Part shown: piece by piece, positions 1-9,919 of the stretch | How the letters are laid out: the number at the start of each line of letters is the position of its first letter | Position numbering within the stretch: position 1 is the stretch's first letter | From: Gammaproteobacteria bacterium | GTDB lineage: Bacteria; Pseudomonadota; Gammaproteobacteria; Eutrophobiales; Eutrophobiaceae | Assembly: GCA_965116495.1 (NCBI GenBank) | Contig: OZ220696.1 | Span: forward strand, 3,360,001-3,424,000 | Length of the DNA stretch: 64,000 nucleotides | Direction of reading: 5' to 3' | Notes under the pieces: generated by a model | What the model was told of the DNA's origin: nothing | What the model saw: the letters and a program-made list of their open reading frames with translations, nothing else | Databases searched by the model: none | Program-made: the position numbers and the translations under genes

Positions 1-556
1 CCCGGGACATGGCAATGTGAAGGGCGATTCCCACCATGAAATTCCGCTGGATGAGCGCAGTTACGGAGACATTTCAATGGCGGATTTGCTGCCGTTCGAA
101 CGCCTGATCGATGCAGGACTGGCAGCCATCATGCCGGCACACGTCATTTACTCCCGGGTGGATGATAAACCCGCCGGGTTCTCGCCACCGTGGTTAAAAC
201 GGATACTGCGCGGCAGGCTGAATTTCCAGGGCGTGATCTTCAGCGACGATATCAGCATGGCCGGCGCCGGGATCGCCGGAAGTTATGCGGAACGGGCATA
301 CAGCGCGCTGGATGCCGGTTGTGACATGGTCCTGGTATGTAATAATCAACCCGCAGCCATGGCTTTGCTGGATGAGTTACAGGTCAACGCGGATCCGGCA
401 TCCCAGTTGCGGCTGATGCAGATGCATGGCGAAAAGCCCGGATTGTCCTATAACGATTTATGCAACGATGAGAGGCGTGCGAGCATCGCCAGTGAAATAT
501 CTGGTCTGGACGTGGCGCCGGAACTGGAGTTGGATGATGACGGCATTATGTCGTAA
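1..556 (+). CDS. nagZ: beta-N-acetylhexosaminidase (GH3), 3' part; truncated by window start
   Basis: Motifs DSHHEIP, IMPAHVIY, FSDDISMAGA and AGCDMVLVCN are typical of NagZ. Confidence 0.93.
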   Translation, partial: PGHGNVKGDSHHEIPLDERSYGDISMADLLPFERLIDAGLAAIMPAHVIYSRVDDKPAGFSPPWLKRILRGRLNFQGVIFSDDISMAGAGIAGSYAERAYSALDAGCDMVLVCNNQPAAMALLDELQVNADPASQLRLMQMHGEKPGLSYNDLCNDERRASIASEISGLDVAPELELDDDGIMS

Positions 557-1457
557 CTGTCTTGCAATCTTCCTGTTGGTGTTCTCGACAGGCAGTGTTA
601 TATCTGCAGAGCTCGTCTGCCGCCCGTTGCAGATCGAGGAAATTCCCTATGCCGGCCCCGAACGGTTCGGGCAGGGACTGTTATGGAAGGTGGGCAAGAA
701 AGGCCTGGCGTCAAGTTACATATTCGGCACCATCCATGTTGCGGAACGTCATGTCAGCGCACAATTGGATAAGGTCAGGGATGTCCTGGCTGACAGTGAG
801 ATATTTGTTATGGAAGCGGTCCCCGGGCCGAATGATATTGCCTTGTTTCGGCAGATGATGTTCTTCGCTGACGGCACCGGACTTAAGGACGTCATTTCAA
901 CCGACCTGTATGAGGAAACACTTGCCGTGTTGAGTGCGTATCACTTGATGGAGGAAGACGTATCGACGATGAAACCCTGGGCGGCTTACCTGACCATGAG
1001 CTATCCGGCTGAGATGGGCGTTGTGCTGGACCAGCAACTGCTGTACCTGGCCAGGGAAGGGGAGATCAGTACCCGGGGTCTCGAATCGATGGAGGAACTG
1101 GGCAGCCTGTTCAATAGTTTTTCGCTAGCCGATCAGGTACGATTACTGACGGATGCAATCTGTCACCGTGAGATACTGGAGGGTGATTTTGCAAAAATGA
1201 TCTCGTTGTATACGCAGGGGGACCTGGCAGGGTTGTCTTCGTACGGCCAGCGCTATTCATTTGCCGATAATACGCTTTATGAAAGCTTGACTGAAAAAAT
1301 ATTGATCCAGCGAAACTACCGGATGGTTGAAAGAATGTGGCCGATGCTGAATACAGGTGCGGCGTTTATCGCCGTTGGCGCTTTGCACCTGCCCGGTGCA
1401 GAAGGCGTGCTGGCCCTGCTGGAAAAATATGACTATGAAATCACCCGGGTATTCTGA
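534..1457 (+). CDS. TraB/GumN family protein, probably secreted
   Basis: Signal-like N-terminus; LLWKV..SYIFGTIH, RNYRMVERM and FIAVGALHLPGAEGVL motifs; start inferred. Confidence 0.85.
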   Translation: MMTALCRNCLAIFLLVFSTGSVISAELVCRPLQIEEIPYAGPERFGQGLLWKVGKKGLASSYIFGTIHVAERHVSAQLDKVRDVLADSEIFVMEAVPGPNDIALFRQMMFFADGTGLKDVISTDLYEETLAVLSAYHLMEEDVSTMKPWAAYLTMSYPAEMGVVLDQQLLYLAREGEISTRGLESMEELGSLFNSFSLADQVRLLTDAICHREILEGDFAKMISLYTQGDLAGLSSYGQRYSFADNTLYESLTEKILIQRNYRMVERMWPMLNTGAAFIAVGALHLPGAEGVLALLEKYDYEITRVF

Positions 1458-1479
1458 TGCAAATGCCGACGAGACACTG

Positions 1480-2580
1480 ATGGACTATAACCAGCTGTTA
1501 ACCTACGTTCAGGATTATCTGAATGAGGGAACCTCTCTTATACAGGCGTTGGTCGTTCTCCTTGCTGCATTGCTCATCGACTGGACACAGAAGCGCGTAA
1601 TAACAAGGTTACTGGAGAGATCCGGCAAAACACGGACGTACTGGGACGATGCCTTGCTCGAAGCAGCAGGCAAGCCGTTAAGCCTGCTGATATGGGTTCT
1701 TGCGCTTACCTTTGCTGTTGACGTTGCAAAAAGTGAATCGGAAGCTGTTATCTTTACGGTCGTCGACCCCATTCGCGACGTAGGCGCAATCACTGCCTTC
1801 ACCTGGTTTTTGGTCAGGTTTGTGACGCGGGTTGAGACACATATGCTCAGCGCGCGTTTGCAGGCGGGCAAGCCGTTTGACCGCACTACCGCCAATGCCA
1901 TCGCTAAGTTGCTGCGCATCTCTGTTATCGTCATCGCATTCCTGGTCATATTACAGACCCTGGGGTACAGCATAGCCGGGGTGCTGGCCTTCGGTGGTGT
2001 GGGCGGTATCGTGGTCGGGTTCGCAGCCAGAGATTTACTGGCCAATTTTTTCGGCGGATTGATGATTTACCTGGATCGGCCATTTGATGTAGGCGACTGG
2101 ATACGTTCGCCTGATAAAGAGATAGAAGGGACAGTGGAGCACATCGGCTGGAGATTGACCCGGATACGCACCTTTGACAAGAGGCCGCTGTACGTTCCCA
2201 ATTCCGTATTTGCCAATATTGCCGTGGAGAACCCGCAGCGGATGACCAACCGGCGCATCTACGAGACCATAGGGATTCGCTATGATGATGCGGGCAAGAT
2301 GGCCGCGATTACCCGTGATGTAAAACAGATGCTGCGCGAACATCCGGAAATAGATACGAACCAGACCATGATCGTCAATTTTGTCGCGTTCGCGCCCTCA
2401 TCGCTGGATTTTTTCGTTTATACATTCACCAAAACGACTGAGTGGATCAGGTTTCATGAAATCAAGGAGGACGTGATGCTGAAAATTATTGAAATTATCG
2501 AGCGGCACGGCGCCGAGAGCGCTTTTCCGACCTCGACGATACATATTGCCCGGGAACAGGACATCGGGCCACAGGCCTGA
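1480..2580 (+). CDS. MscS-family mechanosensitive channel
   Basis: GFAARDLLANFFGG, DRPFDVGDWI, GTVEHIGWRLTRIRTFD and AFPT motifs. Confidence 0.92.
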   Translation: MDYNQLLTYVQDYLNEGTSLIQALVVLLAALLIDWTQKRVITRLLERSGKTRTYWDDALLEAAGKPLSLLIWVLALTFAVDVAKSESEAVIFTVVDPIRDVGAITAFTWFLVRFVTRVETHMLSARLQAGKPFDRTTANAIAKLLRISVIVIAFLVILQTLGYSIAGVLAFGGVGGIVVGFAARDLLANFFGGLMIYLDRPFDVGDWIRSPDKEIEGTVEHIGWRLTRIRTFDKRPLYVPNSVFANIAVENPQRMTNRRIYETIGIRYDDAGKMAAITRDVKQMLREHPEIDTNQTMIVNFVAFAPSSLDFFVYTFTKTTEWIRFHEIKEDVMLKIIEIIERHGAESAFPTSTIHIAREQDIGPQA

Positions 2581-2594
2581 CCGGTTTCCGCATC

Positions 2595-3422
2595 ATGCTA
2601 TTGAAGTTTACAAAAATGCACGGGCTGGGCAATGACTTCGTGGTGATCAATGCACTGGAACAGGCCGTTGAACTGGGCACGGAGCAAATCAAGCGGATTG
2701 CGGACCGCAGGCTCGGGATCGGTTGCGACCAGTTGCTGGTAATCCGCCCTGGTCGCCGGGAACGGGCTGATTTTAGTTGCAGTATTTATAACGCGGACGG
2801 CAGTGAGGCCGAACAATGCGGTAACGGCCTACGCTGCGTGGCAGCTTTCCTGCGGGATAACGGTCTCATCAGTAAAGATGAACTGGTCGCTGAGACCGGG
2901 GCCGGATTGGTAAAACTGTACCATGAGGGTGATTTGGTGCAGGTGAATATGGGTGTCCCGAATTTCGAACCCGCGGATATCCCGCTTGCCGTCACCGAGG
3001 AGCGACAGTTCTACAACCTCGACGTGGACGGAATGAACATTGAGTGCGTAGCCCTGTCCCTGGGAAACCCCCATGCCGTGTTGCTGGTGAAAGACGTTGA
3101 CGATGCCCCTGTAGCCGGGCTCGGTCCAGAGGTTCAGCGCCAGGCCTTGTTTCCCAACGGAGTAAACGTGGGGTTTATGCAAATCCTGGACAATTCGCAC
3201 ATCAGGTTGCGTGTGTTCGAACGCGGCGCCGGTGAGACACCGGCCTGCGGCAGCGGGGCCTGCGCGGCCGTTGTAGCGGGAATTAAGGTGTATAGTCTTG
3301 ACAAGAATGTCGATGTATCATTGCCAGGCGGCAGTTTAGCGGTATCATGGGCGGGTGACCCAGAACCGGTTCGGATGACAGGCCCGAGCGCAACAGTATA
3401 CGAGGGAAGTATTAACTTATGA
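2595..3422 (+). CDS. dapF: diaminopimelate epimerase
   Basis: FTKMHGLGNDF, EQCGNGLRC and ERGAGETPACGSG motifs. Confidence 0.97.
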   Translation: MLLKFTKMHGLGNDFVVINALEQAVELGTEQIKRIADRRLGIGCDQLLVIRPGRRERADFSCSIYNADGSEAEQCGNGLRCVAAFLRDNGLISKDELVAETGAGLVKLYHEGDLVQVNMGVPNFEPADIPLAVTEERQFYNLDVDGMNIECVALSLGNPHAVLLVKDVDDAPVAGLGPEVQRQALFPNGVNVGFMQILDNSHIRLRVFERGAGETPACGSGACAAVVAGIKVYSLDKNVDVSLPGGSLAVSWAGDPEPVRMTGPSATVYEGSINL

Positions 3423-4120
3423 GCATGACAGAGAAAATATCGGACGGAACTTCCGTAACCGCCGAAGACATTGAAATTTATCTCCGGAACAACCCGGATT
3501 TCTTTCTCAGCCGGGCCGAACTTCTGGCCGAAATATCCATACCGCACAGGTCCGGTGAGGCTGTCTCCCTGGTGGAAAAGCAAGTCAAGGTGTTGCGCGA
3601 ACAGAACGAACAGGCGCGCAAACGGCTGCATGAATTAATAGAAATAGCCAAGTTGAATGAAGACCTGGCGCACCGTATGCACCATCTGGTGCTGACCTTG
3701 ATAGATGCGGACGACCCGCAGGAGATAGTCAAAACACTCTATGAAAACCTGAAGCGTAACTTCAGGGCTGAGAGGGTGGCGATAAGATTGTTTGCAGAGG
3801 CGGCAGCAACCGAAGACTATGCCATGACCGAGTTTGTCGGGAACGAGTCTGGCGCTGAGGAGTTGTTCAAGACATTGATTGAGAAGCGTCTGCCCACCAT
3901 AGGTGTGCCGGACTCGGGACAACAGGCATTTTTGTTTGGACCCGACGGCACTGAAATTACGTCCGTGGTCTTAGTCCCTTTGCGCGGTAGCGACTGGGGT
4001 GGAGTAATGGCGATCGGCAGCCGCGACCCCGACCGTTTCCAGCAAGGCATGGGAGTTGAACTGCTGGCAAACCTGGGTGAGGTGCTCAGCTTCATCCTGA
4101 AACCCTGGATAGCCCCATAG
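3419..4120 (+). CDS. DUF484 (YigA-like) protein
   Basis: YLRNNPDFF and AVSLVEKQV motifs; conserved dapF-yigA-xerC order. Confidence 0.9.
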   Translation: MSMTEKISDGTSVTAEDIEIYLRNNPDFFLSRAELLAEISIPHRSGEAVSLVEKQVKVLREQNEQARKRLHELIEIAKLNEDLAHRMHHLVLTLIDADDPQEIVKTLYENLKRNFRAERVAIRLFAEAAATEDYAMTEFVGNESGAEELFKTLIEKRLPTIGVPDSGQQAFLFGPDGTEITSVVLVPLRGSDWGGVMAIGSRDPDRFQQGMGVELLANLGEVLSFILKPWIAP

Positions 4121-4121
4121 T

Positions 4122-5015
4122 GTGAAGCAATCCGAAGTCGCCAAGATCGATGCGTTCCTGGGGACCCTGCAGCATCTCTCAGGCCATACGCGCAAGGCTT
4201 ATACCGGCGATCTTGCATTTTTTCTGGAATATTGCGAACAACTCGATGTGAACGGATGGCAGGACCTCGACGGCCGCCAGATACGGGGATATGTCACACA
4301 AAGACACAGACAGGGGATAGGCGGGCGCAGTTTGCGGCGCAACCTGTCTTCGGTCAGGGCGTTCTACAAGTACCTGCTGACCAGGGGTGAGGTAACACAG
4401 AACCCGGCAGAAGGGATCACTGCACCCAGGACTGAAAAGAGATTACCGAAGACACTGGATGTGGAACAGTCTGCCCGATTGGTCGAAATCAAGGGAGACA
4501 GGGAACTGGCCGTGCGTGACAGGGCTATCCTGGAATTGATGTATTCATCGGGTCTGCGACTGGCGGAATGTGTCGGGCTGGACCTGTACAGTATAGAAAT
4601 CAGGGATGCGCTGGTAACCGTCAGGGGAAAAGGGAACAAGACGCGCAAGGTGCCGGTGGGGAAATATGCCCTGGATGCAGTAAGCGCCTGGCTGAAAGTC
4701 AGGCCGCAGTTGGCGAAACTGGAAGAGAACGCCTTGTTTGTCAGTACCCGGGGCAACCGGCTCAGCACCCGTTCCGTCCAGCAACGCCTGCGCCACTGGG
4801 CATTGAAACAGGGCCTGGACACCCACGTGCATCCGCACATGCTGCGCCATTCATTTGCCACGCACATGCTCGAATCCAGCGGCGATCTCAGGGCGGTACA
4901 GGAATTATTGGGGCACGCCGATATCAGCACCACGCAAATCTACACCAACCTGGACTTCCAGCACCTGGCCGGCGTATACGATCAGGCCCACCCCCGGGCC
5001 AGGAAGAAACGGTGA
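4122..5015 (+). CDS. xerC: tyrosine recombinase XerC
   Basis: Catalytic residues in SGLR, GKGNK, HMLRHSFATH and LGHADISTTQIY; ends AHPRARKK; synteny. Confidence 0.96.
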   Translation: MKQSEVAKIDAFLGTLQHLSGHTRKAYTGDLAFFLEYCEQLDVNGWQDLDGRQIRGYVTQRHRQGIGGRSLRRNLSSVRAFYKYLLTRGEVTQNPAEGITAPRTEKRLPKTLDVEQSARLVEIKGDRELAVRDRAILELMYSSGLRLAECVGLDLYSIEIRDALVTVRGKGNKTRKVPVGKYALDAVSAWLKVRPQLAKLEENALFVSTRGNRLSTRSVQQRLRHWALKQGLDTHVHPHMLRHSFATHMLESSGDLRAVQELLGHADISTTQIYTNLDFQHLAGVYDQAHPRARKKR

Positions 5016-5045
5016 TCCAAGCCCACCCCAGGGCCAGGAAGAAAC
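4983..5045 (+). repeat. 28-bp direct duplication of the xerC 3' end
   Basis: CAGGCCCACCCCCGGGCCAGGAAGAAAC (4983-5010) versus CAAGCCCACCCCAGGGCCAGGAAGAAAC (5018-5045). Confidence 0.85.
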
Positions 5046-5145
5046 AGGAATCCAGGCCCTCGTCATTCCTGGGCAAGCCTGTCCCTGTATGGCGTTGAGC
5101 AGGGGCAGGAATCCACGAAGTAGCTTCCCGCTTCCGCGGGAATGG
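5045..5145. repeat. cluster of GTCATTCC...GGAATCCA REP-like palindromes
   Basis: Half copy at 5045-5054, copy with expanded loop at 5062-5115, inverted degenerate copy at 5124-5145. Confidence 0.75.
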
Positions 5146-5146
5146 A

Positions 5147-5620
5147 TTAACGGCTCTTCAACAGCCGCCGTTTTTGCAGTTGCCAGTCCCGGTCCCGTTC
5201 AGTCCGACGCTTGTCATGGATCTTTTTACCTTTAGCTACCCCGATTGCCAGCTTGGCCCGGCTGCCTTTCCAATACATCGTCAGCGGGATCACGGTATAT
5301 CCCTGCCGTTCCACTGCGCTGGTCAGCCGCTTAATCTCAGCACGGTTCAGCAATAGTTTCCGGGTCCGTTGCGGGTCGGGTTTGATATGAGTCGAAGCCG
5401 TCGGCAAGGGTGTAATCAAGGCGCCGAACAGGAAAGCCTCCCTGTCTTTCAGCAGGATGTAACTTTCATTAATCTGGATTTTCCCGGCACGCAGGCTTTT
5501 CACTTCCCATCCCTGCAGGACCAGACCGGCCTCAAATTTATCCTCGATATAAAATTCAAATCGCGCCTTTTTGTTCAGAGCAATCGTATTATCCGGCGTT
5601 TTGCTTTTCTTTTTCGTCAC
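5147..5620 (-). CDS. smpB: SsrA-binding protein
   Basis: [30 protein letters not shown] and KGKKIHDKR motifs. Confidence 0.97.
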   Translation of the reverse strand: MTKKKSKTPDNTIALNKKARFEFYIEDKFEAGLVLQGWEVKSLRAGKIQINESYILLKDREAFLFGALITPLPTASTHIKPDPQRTRKLLLNRAEIKRLTSAVERQGYTVIPLTMYWKGSRAKLAIGVAKGKKIHDKRRTERDRDWQLQKRRLLKSR

Positions 5621-5658
5621 CAGTATTCATGCGGGGAATATTCACCCGGAGTATAGCA

Positions 5659-5780
5659 TTTCATGGGTGTCCCAAAATTATCCCCCAATTCAGGACACCC
5701 ATAAATTTGAGGATAAGAAGACAAATTCAGGACACTCATGAATTTGGGAGGATGAGTGAATTCATGGATGTCCCAAATTC
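5659..5780. repeat. four copies of an approx. 21-bp repeat AATT(T/C)ATGGGTGTCC(C/T)(A/G)AATT, orientations + - - +
   Basis: Copies at about 5659-5679, 5687-5707, 5723-5745 and 5758-5780. Confidence 0.8.
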
Positions 5781-5853
5781 GGGCAGTTATGGAGGTGTGC
5801 TTGTATAACACGGGAATTTCCCGCAGAATTGCCGGAAATAGAGAGAGGACATT

Positions 5854-7221
5854 ATGGCTGCTGACCGCACTTCTGTTCATGGCCAGTGGTCGTCGAGGTG
5901 GATATTCATCCTGGCGGCTACCGGTTCTGCCGTTGGACTGGGCAATATCTGGCGCTTTCCGTATATCACCGCGGAACATGGCGGTGGTGCTTTTGTGCTG
6001 ATCTACCTGGTCTGCATCATCCTGGTGGGTGTGCCGATCATGATGTCCGAGATCATGCTGGGGCGCCGCGGGCGCCGCAGTCCCATCCATACCATGGAGA
6101 TCCTGGCTGAGGAGGAAGGATGCAGCAGGCACTGGCGCCTGGTCGGTGTATTGGGGGTGTTTGCCGGATTTATTATCCTTACCTTCTACAGTATCGTGGC
6201 GGGCTGGACCCTGGCGTATATCCTGCGCGCCCTGTCAGGCATGTTTATCCAGGCCAGCGCGCAACAAACGCAGGATATCTTTGCCGCCCTGGTGTCCGAC
6301 CCGGAGCGATTGCTGGCCTGGCATACCATTTTTATGATCATGACCGTATTTGTCGTCTCGAGGGGGGTAAAAAAAGGCCTGGAGCAGGCAGTGCGCTACC
6401 TTATGCCGGCGTTGTTTGTGCTGTTGCTGTTCCTGGTGGTTTATTCCATGACGACCCCGGGTTTTTCGCAAGCGCTGTCATACCTGTTCAAACCGGATTT
6501 TAGCCAGATCGGACCCTCAACCATACTGGTTGCCCTGGGCCAGGCATTTTTCAGTTTGAGCCTGGGTATGGGCGCCATCATGACCTACGGATCGTATCTT
6601 TCCAAACGCGCTTCCATCTCCGGTACGACCGGGTCCATAGTGGTTATGGACACCGGTGTCGCGCTGCTCGCCGGCCTGGCCATATTCCCCATCATGTTCA
6701 GTTACGGTCTGCAGCCGGAAGAAGGCGGACCGGGGCTGATATTTCAAATATTGCCGATTGCATTCGGCCAGATGGTTTACGGGCGTATCCTGGCCGTGAT
6801 TTTCTTTACCTTGCTGATGTTTGCTGCCTGGACCTCTGCCCTGTCCATACTTGAGCCTATCACCGCCTGGCTGGTGGAAAAGACGGGCTATTCCAGGATG
6901 CGGGCGGCAATCCTGTCCGGAACAGTTGCCTGGATACTGGGATTGGGCTCGTTGCTGTCCCTGAACCTCTGGTCCGGGGTAAAATTTTTCGGGATGACTT
7001 TCTTTGGCCTGATGGAGCACCTGTCGGTCAATATCATGCTGCCGGTAGGAGGCCTGCTGATAGCCGTGTTTGCCGGCTGGTTTATGGCCAGGTCAGCTTC
7101 TTTTGACGAACTGAAATTAAACGGGAACGCATACCTGGCCTGGAAAGTGGCAGCCATGTTTATCGCTCCGGCCGGAGTGATTTTAATCCTGTTGCAGGAG
7201 TTGTTCGGATTTCTGGGCTGA
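5854..7221 (+). CDS. sodium-dependent transporter, NSS/SNF family
   Basis: GSAVGLGNIWRFPY and GQAFFSLSLGMG motifs; many TM segments. Confidence 0.95.
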   Translation: MAADRTSVHGQWSSRWIFILAATGSAVGLGNIWRFPYITAEHGGGAFVLIYLVCIILVGVPIMMSEIMLGRRGRRSPIHTMEILAEEEGCSRHWRLVGVLGVFAGFIILTFYSIVAGWTLAYILRALSGMFIQASAQQTQDIFAALVSDPERLLAWHTIFMIMTVFVVSRGVKKGLEQAVRYLMPALFVLLLFLVVYSMTTPGFSQALSYLFKPDFSQIGPSTILVALGQAFFSLSLGMGAIMTYGSYLSKRASISGTTGSIVVMDTGVALLAGLAIFPIMFSYGLQPEEGGPGLIFQILPIAFGQMVYGRILAVIFFTLLMFAAWTSALSILEPITAWLVEKTGYSRMRAAILSGTVAWILGLGSLLSLNLWSGVKFFGMTFFGLMEHLSVNIMLPVGGLLIAVFAGWFMARSASFDELKLNGNAYLAWKVAAMFIAPAGVILILLQELFGFLG

Positions 7222-7222
7222 T

Positions 7223-7660
7223 GTGGGCCAGGTAAACAGGACATCTGTCGTGCCGTTCACGTCCGGGCAGATGTTTGCGCTGGTGAACGACGTCGAATCC
7301 TATCCCGCATTTTTACCCTGGTGCAGCGCCGCCGGGGTCGAAGGCGCTGGCGAGGACCACCTGGTTGCGACGATCACCCTGTCCCTGGGCAAGATTCAAC
7401 AATCGGTGACTACCAGTAATTCCTTGCAACCGGGAAAGCGAATTGACATGGAACTGGTCAGGGGACCGTTACGGTACCTGCATGGTGTCTGGCGCTTTGA
7501 CGATGTCGACGGCGGAAATTGCCGGGTGAACCTGGACCTCGATTTTGAGTTTAACAACAAAATTCTCAAGCTCGCACTGGACAAGGCATTCGGACACCTG
7601 TCGTATGCATCAGTTGACGCGTTCAGGAACAGGGCAAGGCAGGTATATGGGAGGTGTTGA
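7223..7660 (+). CDS. ratA: RatA/PasT (Coq10-like START domain)
   Basis: MFALVNDVESYPAFLPWC and AFRNRARQVYG motifs. Confidence 0.9.
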   Translation: MGQVNRTSVVPFTSGQMFALVNDVESYPAFLPWCSAAGVEGAGEDHLVATITLSLGKIQQSVTTSNSLQPGKRIDMELVRGPLRYLHGVWRFDDVDGGNCRVNLDLDFEFNNKILKLALDKAFGHLSYASVDAFRNRARQVYGRC

Positions 7661-7952
7661 TACCCGCGAAGCGCTTTCAGCGTTAGTTGAAGTTGAAATC
7701 GTTTATGGCAGAACCGGGGCTGCACAGGTAATCAGGCAGCAGGTCCCGGGCAACACGACGCTGAGACAAGCGATTGAACAATCAGGGATCCTGGAAATGT
7801 ACCCGGACATTGACCTGGACAGTAATTCAGTCGGAATATTCAGCAGGAAAAGAGAACTACACGAGCCGGTGCACGGCGGTGACCGTATAGAGATTTACCA
7901 GGCGTTAAAGGTGGATCCCAAAGAGGCGCGCCGGCGCCGCGCCAAGAAGTGA
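7647..7952 (+). CDS. rnfH: RnfH/RatB ubiquitin-like protein
   Basis: VGIFSR and GDRIEIYQALKVDPKEARRRRA motifs. Confidence 0.9.
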   Translation: MGGVDTREALSALVEVEIVYGRTGAAQVIRQQVPGNTTLRQAIEQSGILEMYPDIDLDSNSVGIFSRKRELHEPVHGGDRIEIYQALKVDPKEARRRRAKK

Positions 7953-7970
7953 TCGGCCGGCCGGATACCC

Positions 7971-8990
7971 ATGGCATTGCTCAATATCAACTTGCACTCG
8001 ACGCCGCGCTATAAAATAGTACTGCTGTTCTCCGCCTTGTTCGCCATCGCCGTCGTCACGGGCCTGGTTGCGCTGGCCAGCGGGTCCGTACCGGTACCGC
8101 TACGGGAAGTGATCGGTATCCTGCTGGAGCAGCCGCCGGGAATCAACGCGCAGATCATCCTGGACCTGCGTCTGCCCAGGGTCAGTTCAGGCTTCGTCGT
8201 CGGGGGTATGCTGGCGCTGGCGGGTGCGCTGATGCAGGTATTGTTGCGCAACCCGCTGGCAGAACCTTATATCCTGGGTATTTCCGGCGGCGCCTCCGTG
8301 TTTGCGTTGCTGGCCATCAGCATGGGGCTGGCCGGGGTGTGGCTTACCATGGGCGCCTGCGTCGGCGCATTGTTGACCATGTTCATGGTATTCATATTTT
8401 CGGGTTCCGGCGTCGGTTGGAATCCCCTGAAGGTGCTCCTGACGGGTGTCGTCATAGCGGCCGGCTGGGGCGCGCTAATCAGTTTTCTCCTGGCCATCAG
8501 CCCGGCAGCCAAGCTGCATAATATGTTGTTCTGGCTGATGGGCGACCTGAGCTTCAGCCAGCCCGGCAACCGTTATTTCCTGGTGTTGCTCCTGGCCGTC
8601 ATCCTGGCCATGTATTACTCTCGGGCCTTGAATTTACTGGCAGTCGGCGATTTGCAGGCCGCGGCACTGGGCGTCTCCGTTAACCGGTTGCGTGTGTTTA
8701 CCTATTTCCTTGCGTCAATATTGACGGCGGCGGCAGTCATACAGGCAGGGAGCATAGGTTTTATCGGCCTGATCATTCCACACGCGGTCAGGTTGCTGAT
8801 CGGCAACGACAATCGCCTGCTGTTACCGGCCTCGGTGCTGGCGGGGGGTATTCTGCTTGTGTTTGCCGATATGCTGGCGCGCACCATGCTGGCGCCCAGG
8901 CAACTGCCCGTCGGTGTTCTGACGGCGCTGATCGGCGTGCCTGTATTTCTCCTGCTACTGCAGTCCACTGCCGCAAGGCAAAGACCATGA
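7971..8990 (+). CDS. FecCD/BtuC-family ABC permease, probably for cobalamin
   Basis: LRLPR, LRNPLAEPYILGISGGA and IGFIGLIIPH motifs; close to the B12 locus. Confidence 0.88.
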   Translation: MALLNINLHSTPRYKIVLLFSALFAIAVVTGLVALASGSVPVPLREVIGILLEQPPGINAQIILDLRLPRVSSGFVVGGMLALAGALMQVLLRNPLAEPYILGISGGASVFALLAISMGLAGVWLTMGACVGALLTMFMVFIFSGSGVGWNPLKVLLTGVVIAAGWGALISFLLAISPAAKLHNMLFWLMGDLSFSQPGNRYFLVLLLAVILAMYYSRALNLLAVGDLQAAALGVSVNRLRVFTYFLASILTAAAVIQAGSIGFIGLIIPHAVRLLIGNDNRLLLPASVLAGGILLVFADMLARTMLAPRQLPVGVLTALIGVPVFLLLLQSTAARQRP

Positions 8991-9113
8991 GTCCGGCGAT
9001 CCACGGCAGGCGCCGGCAAAAGCAATTTATGGGTGTCCCAAATTTACGGAAAACAGCAATTTATGGGTGTCCCAAATTTACGGTAAGGACCGTGAGTCCG
9101 GCGACCCACGGCA
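8981..9113 (+). repeat. A-B-B-A' composite repeat
   Basis: AGCAATTTATGGGTGTCCCAAATTTACGG twice (9021-9049, 9055-9083), flanked by approx. 28-bp near-duplicates at 8981-9008 and 9086-9113. Confidence 0.85.
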
Positions 9114-9150
9114 TGTGTCGCGGCGCCGTTATCTTCAGGGCGGACTGCAA

Positions 9151-9918
9151 ATGCTGAATTTTTACACAGAAGGGTTGACCGTACGTGCTGGGCAGAAATT
9201 GATCTGCCGGGATTTCAACCTGAACATCAGCGCGGAAGAACATTGGGGAATACTGGGCGGCAACGGGGTTGGAAAAACGACCCTGCTGCATACGCTGGCC
9301 GGATTGAAGAAACCGGTCGGCGGCAGGATCATGCTGGATGGTATTGACCTGCATAATTACCGACGCCTGCACCTGGCCCGCAAGGTCGGTGTATTATTCC
9401 AGGACAGCCAGGATACGTTTCCTGCGACTGTGAAGGAAACCGTGCTGGCGGGGAGGTATCCTTACCAATCGTTCTGGCCGCCTGATCAGCGCGCAGACCT
9501 TGACCTGGCAGATACGGCACTGGCGCAGTTAAACCTGTCGCAGATGCAGGCTCGGCAGGTGGATACCCTGTCGGGCGGGGAACGCCGCCGCCTGGCCATA
9601 GCCACCTTGTTTTTGCAGGACCCCGTGCTGTGGTTGCTGGATGAACCGACCAACCATCTCGATTTCCACCACCAGATTCAAATCCTCGACCTGATAGGGC
9701 AACGGGTCAGGGACAGGAACGGGGCCTTGTTGATGGTGCTGCACGACGTCAACCTGATCAGCCGCTATTGCAGTCACGCAATCCTGATGCCGGGTACGGA
9801 ACAGATGCTGTGCGGCGAAGTTGCAACGATTATAAACAAGGCCAACCTGGAAACCCTGTACCGGCATCCCATCCACGAGTTGACGAGTGCCGGGCGGACG
9901 TTCTATTTCCCTGCGTGA
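9151..9918 (+). CDS. ABC ATPase, BtuD/FecE-like
   Basis: Walker A GGNGVGKTT, signature LSGGE, LLDEPTNHLD. Confidence 0.9.
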   Translation: MLNFYTEGLTVRAGQKLICRDFNLNISAEEHWGILGGNGVGKTTLLHTLAGLKKPVGGRIMLDGIDLHNYRRLHLARKVGVLFQDSQDTFPATVKETVLAGRYPYQSFWPPDQRADLDLADTALAQLNLSQMQARQVDTLSGGERRRLAIATLFLQDPVLWLLDEPTNHLDFHHQIQILDLIGQRVRDRNGALLMVLHDVNLISRYCSHAILMPGTEQMLCGEVATIINKANLETLYRHPIHELTSAGRTFYFPA

Positions 9919-9919
9919 T

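Noticed and set aside
4122-5015. Phage or integron integrase
   Set aside because: The dapF-yigA-xerC context and AHPRA C-terminus identify housekeeping XerC; no IntI-specific insertion
5659-5780. CRISPR array or iterons
   Set aside because: Copies are in mixed orientation with irregular spacing; no cas or rep gene nearby
5016-5850. tmRNA (ssrA) beside smpB
   Set aside because: No GGGGC 5' end, tag reading frame or tRNA-like TCCACCA 3' end was seen on either side of smpB
7223-7952. ratA-rnfH as an additional toxin-antitoxin system
   Set aside because: Conserved housekeeping pair near smpB; RatA/PasT is a Coq10-like ubiquinone-binding protein
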